In this document: positions 32,982 through 35,059 of the stretch, piece after piece | Numbering within the stretch: position 1 is the first letter of the stretch | Layout of the letters: each line of letters opens with the position of its first letter | From: Nemertoderma westbladi | Lineage: Eukaryota > Animalia > Xenacoelomorpha | Assembly (NCBI GenBank): GCA_032718475.1 | Contig: JAUCBJ010000636.1 | Span: 1 to 35,059 of the forward strand | Reading direction: 5' to 3' | Length of the DNA stretch: 35,059 nt | Translations under genes and position numbers: made by a program | The notes under the pieces: generated by a model | Database searches by the model: none | The model's input: only the letters and a program-made list of their open reading frames with translations | Told to the model about the DNA's origin: nothing

Positions 32982-33869
32982 GTAAAGTGCTAACTGTTTT
33001 AAAGTGCTAACCTAAAGTGCTAACACTCCCTGAAAAAAAATTGTTAAGACAAGTTAACTACAATTCCAGGTTCCGATTGGCTCATTTCGAAGTGTTAGCA
33101 GTTTGACCTCTTTGCAAGCACAAATTAAAAACGCCAAATAGCAACAAATTTTAACGACTGCCCCCTAGCGACCAGATTAAGAATTATTGAAAAAGGTAAA
33201 GTGCTAACTGTTAGCACTATAGAGTTTCTCCATAAGACATATTCTAAATGTTAGCTCTTTAAGGCTAATTTTGTTGTATAATTATTGCATAGCAAGCCAG
33301 ACCAGATGTTAGCGTTTTATAACTAAAATTGAAATAAATTGATTATTAATCAAGCCGAGATCACAAGAGGTGATTATGAGTTTCTGAAATGAATAATACC
33401 GGCCAACAGAAAGCATAAAGTGCTAACATTAGGCCTATTCAATTCATATATTAATCGTCTATGTCTTTGCAACTAGTTCATGGATTTCTTAAAAGCATTC
33501 AATAATATGGCACATAATCACAACCATTAATTAATTTATTCTCATAATTATATATTATTCTAAATCCTTAATCCTTGCAATAAGTTTCCTTTTCCAGAAA
33601 ATAGAGAGGTCATTCTGTATGTCAAATTTCGTGCAATCTCAAATTTCATTTTGTACATATACTGCTATAACGTAAATTGCTACATGCATTTTGAAAATGT
33701 GTTACAATTTCTTACCCATTATTGCAAACTGCTGCTATTCTTGGTCTTTTCGAGGTCAAAACGTTAAACCTCTGTAAATACATACATAAAACCAATAAGC
33801 CATGTCCCGGAATGCAGTGTATTTAATTCAATGACAGGGTATTGCCCGATAACTTTAAAGAAGTCTGAG

Positions 33870-34750
33870 TGTTCTGAGTCTGTACTCCCAGATATTCCCA
33901 TTGGCGATATTTCCTTTGCAGAAGTGAAGGCTGCTGCAAAGAGCATTAAGACCAATCGTGCCAGTGGAGTAGATGGTGTTCCCCCTGAGGTCTTTAAAAT
34001 ACCTGAGTGGTTAAAGCTCATCTATCCCATCATAGTAGACATGTACCGAACAACAAGAGTCCCACAAGAAATGAAAACAAATAAGTTGGTGCCAGTTCCC
34101 AAGAAGGGCAACCTTAACACTCTATGGTTCTTTTCGGGGAATCTCATTGATCTCGATTGCTGCAAAGCTATACAATATAATTCCATTAAATCGCATCAGG
34201 GATCCCATTGAGAGACTGCTCCGTGGAAATTAGAATGGGTTCCTTAAAGGTCGTGAGACCATGGAACCCATTTTGGTACTTGGAAGGATAATTGAAGAGA
34301 GTGATCAAAAAGGAAAGACAGGCATCTGGCTGTTATCTTTATCGACTTCTTCAAGGCCTTTTATTCAGTCTCTCGCTCACGTATGTTCAGCAGACTTTCA
34401 TTATATAGGGTTCCTGATGAAATTATTGAAGCAATCAAATCAGTATACGATGGTTCGACAACATTTGTGTCTACTGCTGACGGTGACACAGAACCATTTG
34501 AAGTGTTATGCCCCATAACACTTCAAATCCTCCAGGGGCGTCCTCCAGGGAGACACACTTGTGGACCAGTCAGTGCATAATCTTGTTCTTTGGTAGCCTC
34601 ATGGAGTGAATAAGCATGGTGGACAGCCCATGACTTTCTTGAGACGCATTTTAAAGGACACTGGCCTTGAAGATTCGGATGATCTAGCAAATGTCATGGG
34701 TGATAGGGAGTTGTGGTGGCTCAATTTTGTCATCAAGCCGGCACAGCATT
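33870..34750 (+). mobile_element. RTE-clade LINE RT fragment with an internal deletion joined to its 3' end
   Basis: RASGVDGVPPEVFK, LVPVPKKGNL, GISL..IAAK, FIDF.KAF, DGDTEPFEV, GVLQGDTL (frameshifted), then a jump at ~34562 to sequence matching 31639-31829. Confidence 0.88.
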
Positions 34751-35059
34751 CTATTTATTGCGTTTATTGTGTTTATTGCTTTTTAATCAACCATGGATCA
34801 CAATATAGATGACAATGTGTTTCAGAAATAAATAATTCCAGTCATCAGAAATCATATAGTGGTAACATACATCCATAAATACAAGCATTCATTGTCTTAT
34901 ATGCGCATCAAGGTTCTGACCCCCTTTGGTAGCCTGAGAAATCAACGATTGGAAATGCAGAAATGTATGTTCTATTGTTTAAAAAGGAGAACATTTTTTT
35001 AGGATTCTCTATTTTATTTTGAAAATGAAAAATATATAACGTTATAAAATATTTTAATT

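Overview
AT-rich eukaryotic (invertebrate animal-like) genomic DNA, made mostly of transposable elements; there are no prokaryotic features. The main feature is a young 12.05-kb BEL/Pao LTR retrotransposon on the minus strand (6827-18879), with 1.23-kb LTRs ~99.5% identical, TG..CA ends and a CAAGC target-site duplication. It keeps Gag and protease in one frame, but RT, most of RNase H and nearly all of integrase are deleted in frame. It has no tRNA-type PBS. Instead, the 11 nt directly after the 5' LTR are the exact complement of an 11-mer inside the LTR, suggesting Tf1-style self-priming in a BEL/Pao lineage. It also carries a decayed unknown ORF in the env position. Other elements: a 5'-truncated CR1/L2-group (Crack/Daphne-like) LINE with an open RT frame; fragments of RTE, RTE-X-like and L1/Tx1-like LINEs (the last with an array of RNA hairpins); a fossil BEL gag; a possible Merlin remnant; and several mini/satellite arrays. 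The only host gene is a secreted coiled-coil + fibrinogen-related-domain (FReD) protein. Its signal-peptide exon and upstream region are duplicated, and both copies are in phase with the downstream exon. All calls are by eye from the sequence; no database searches were run.
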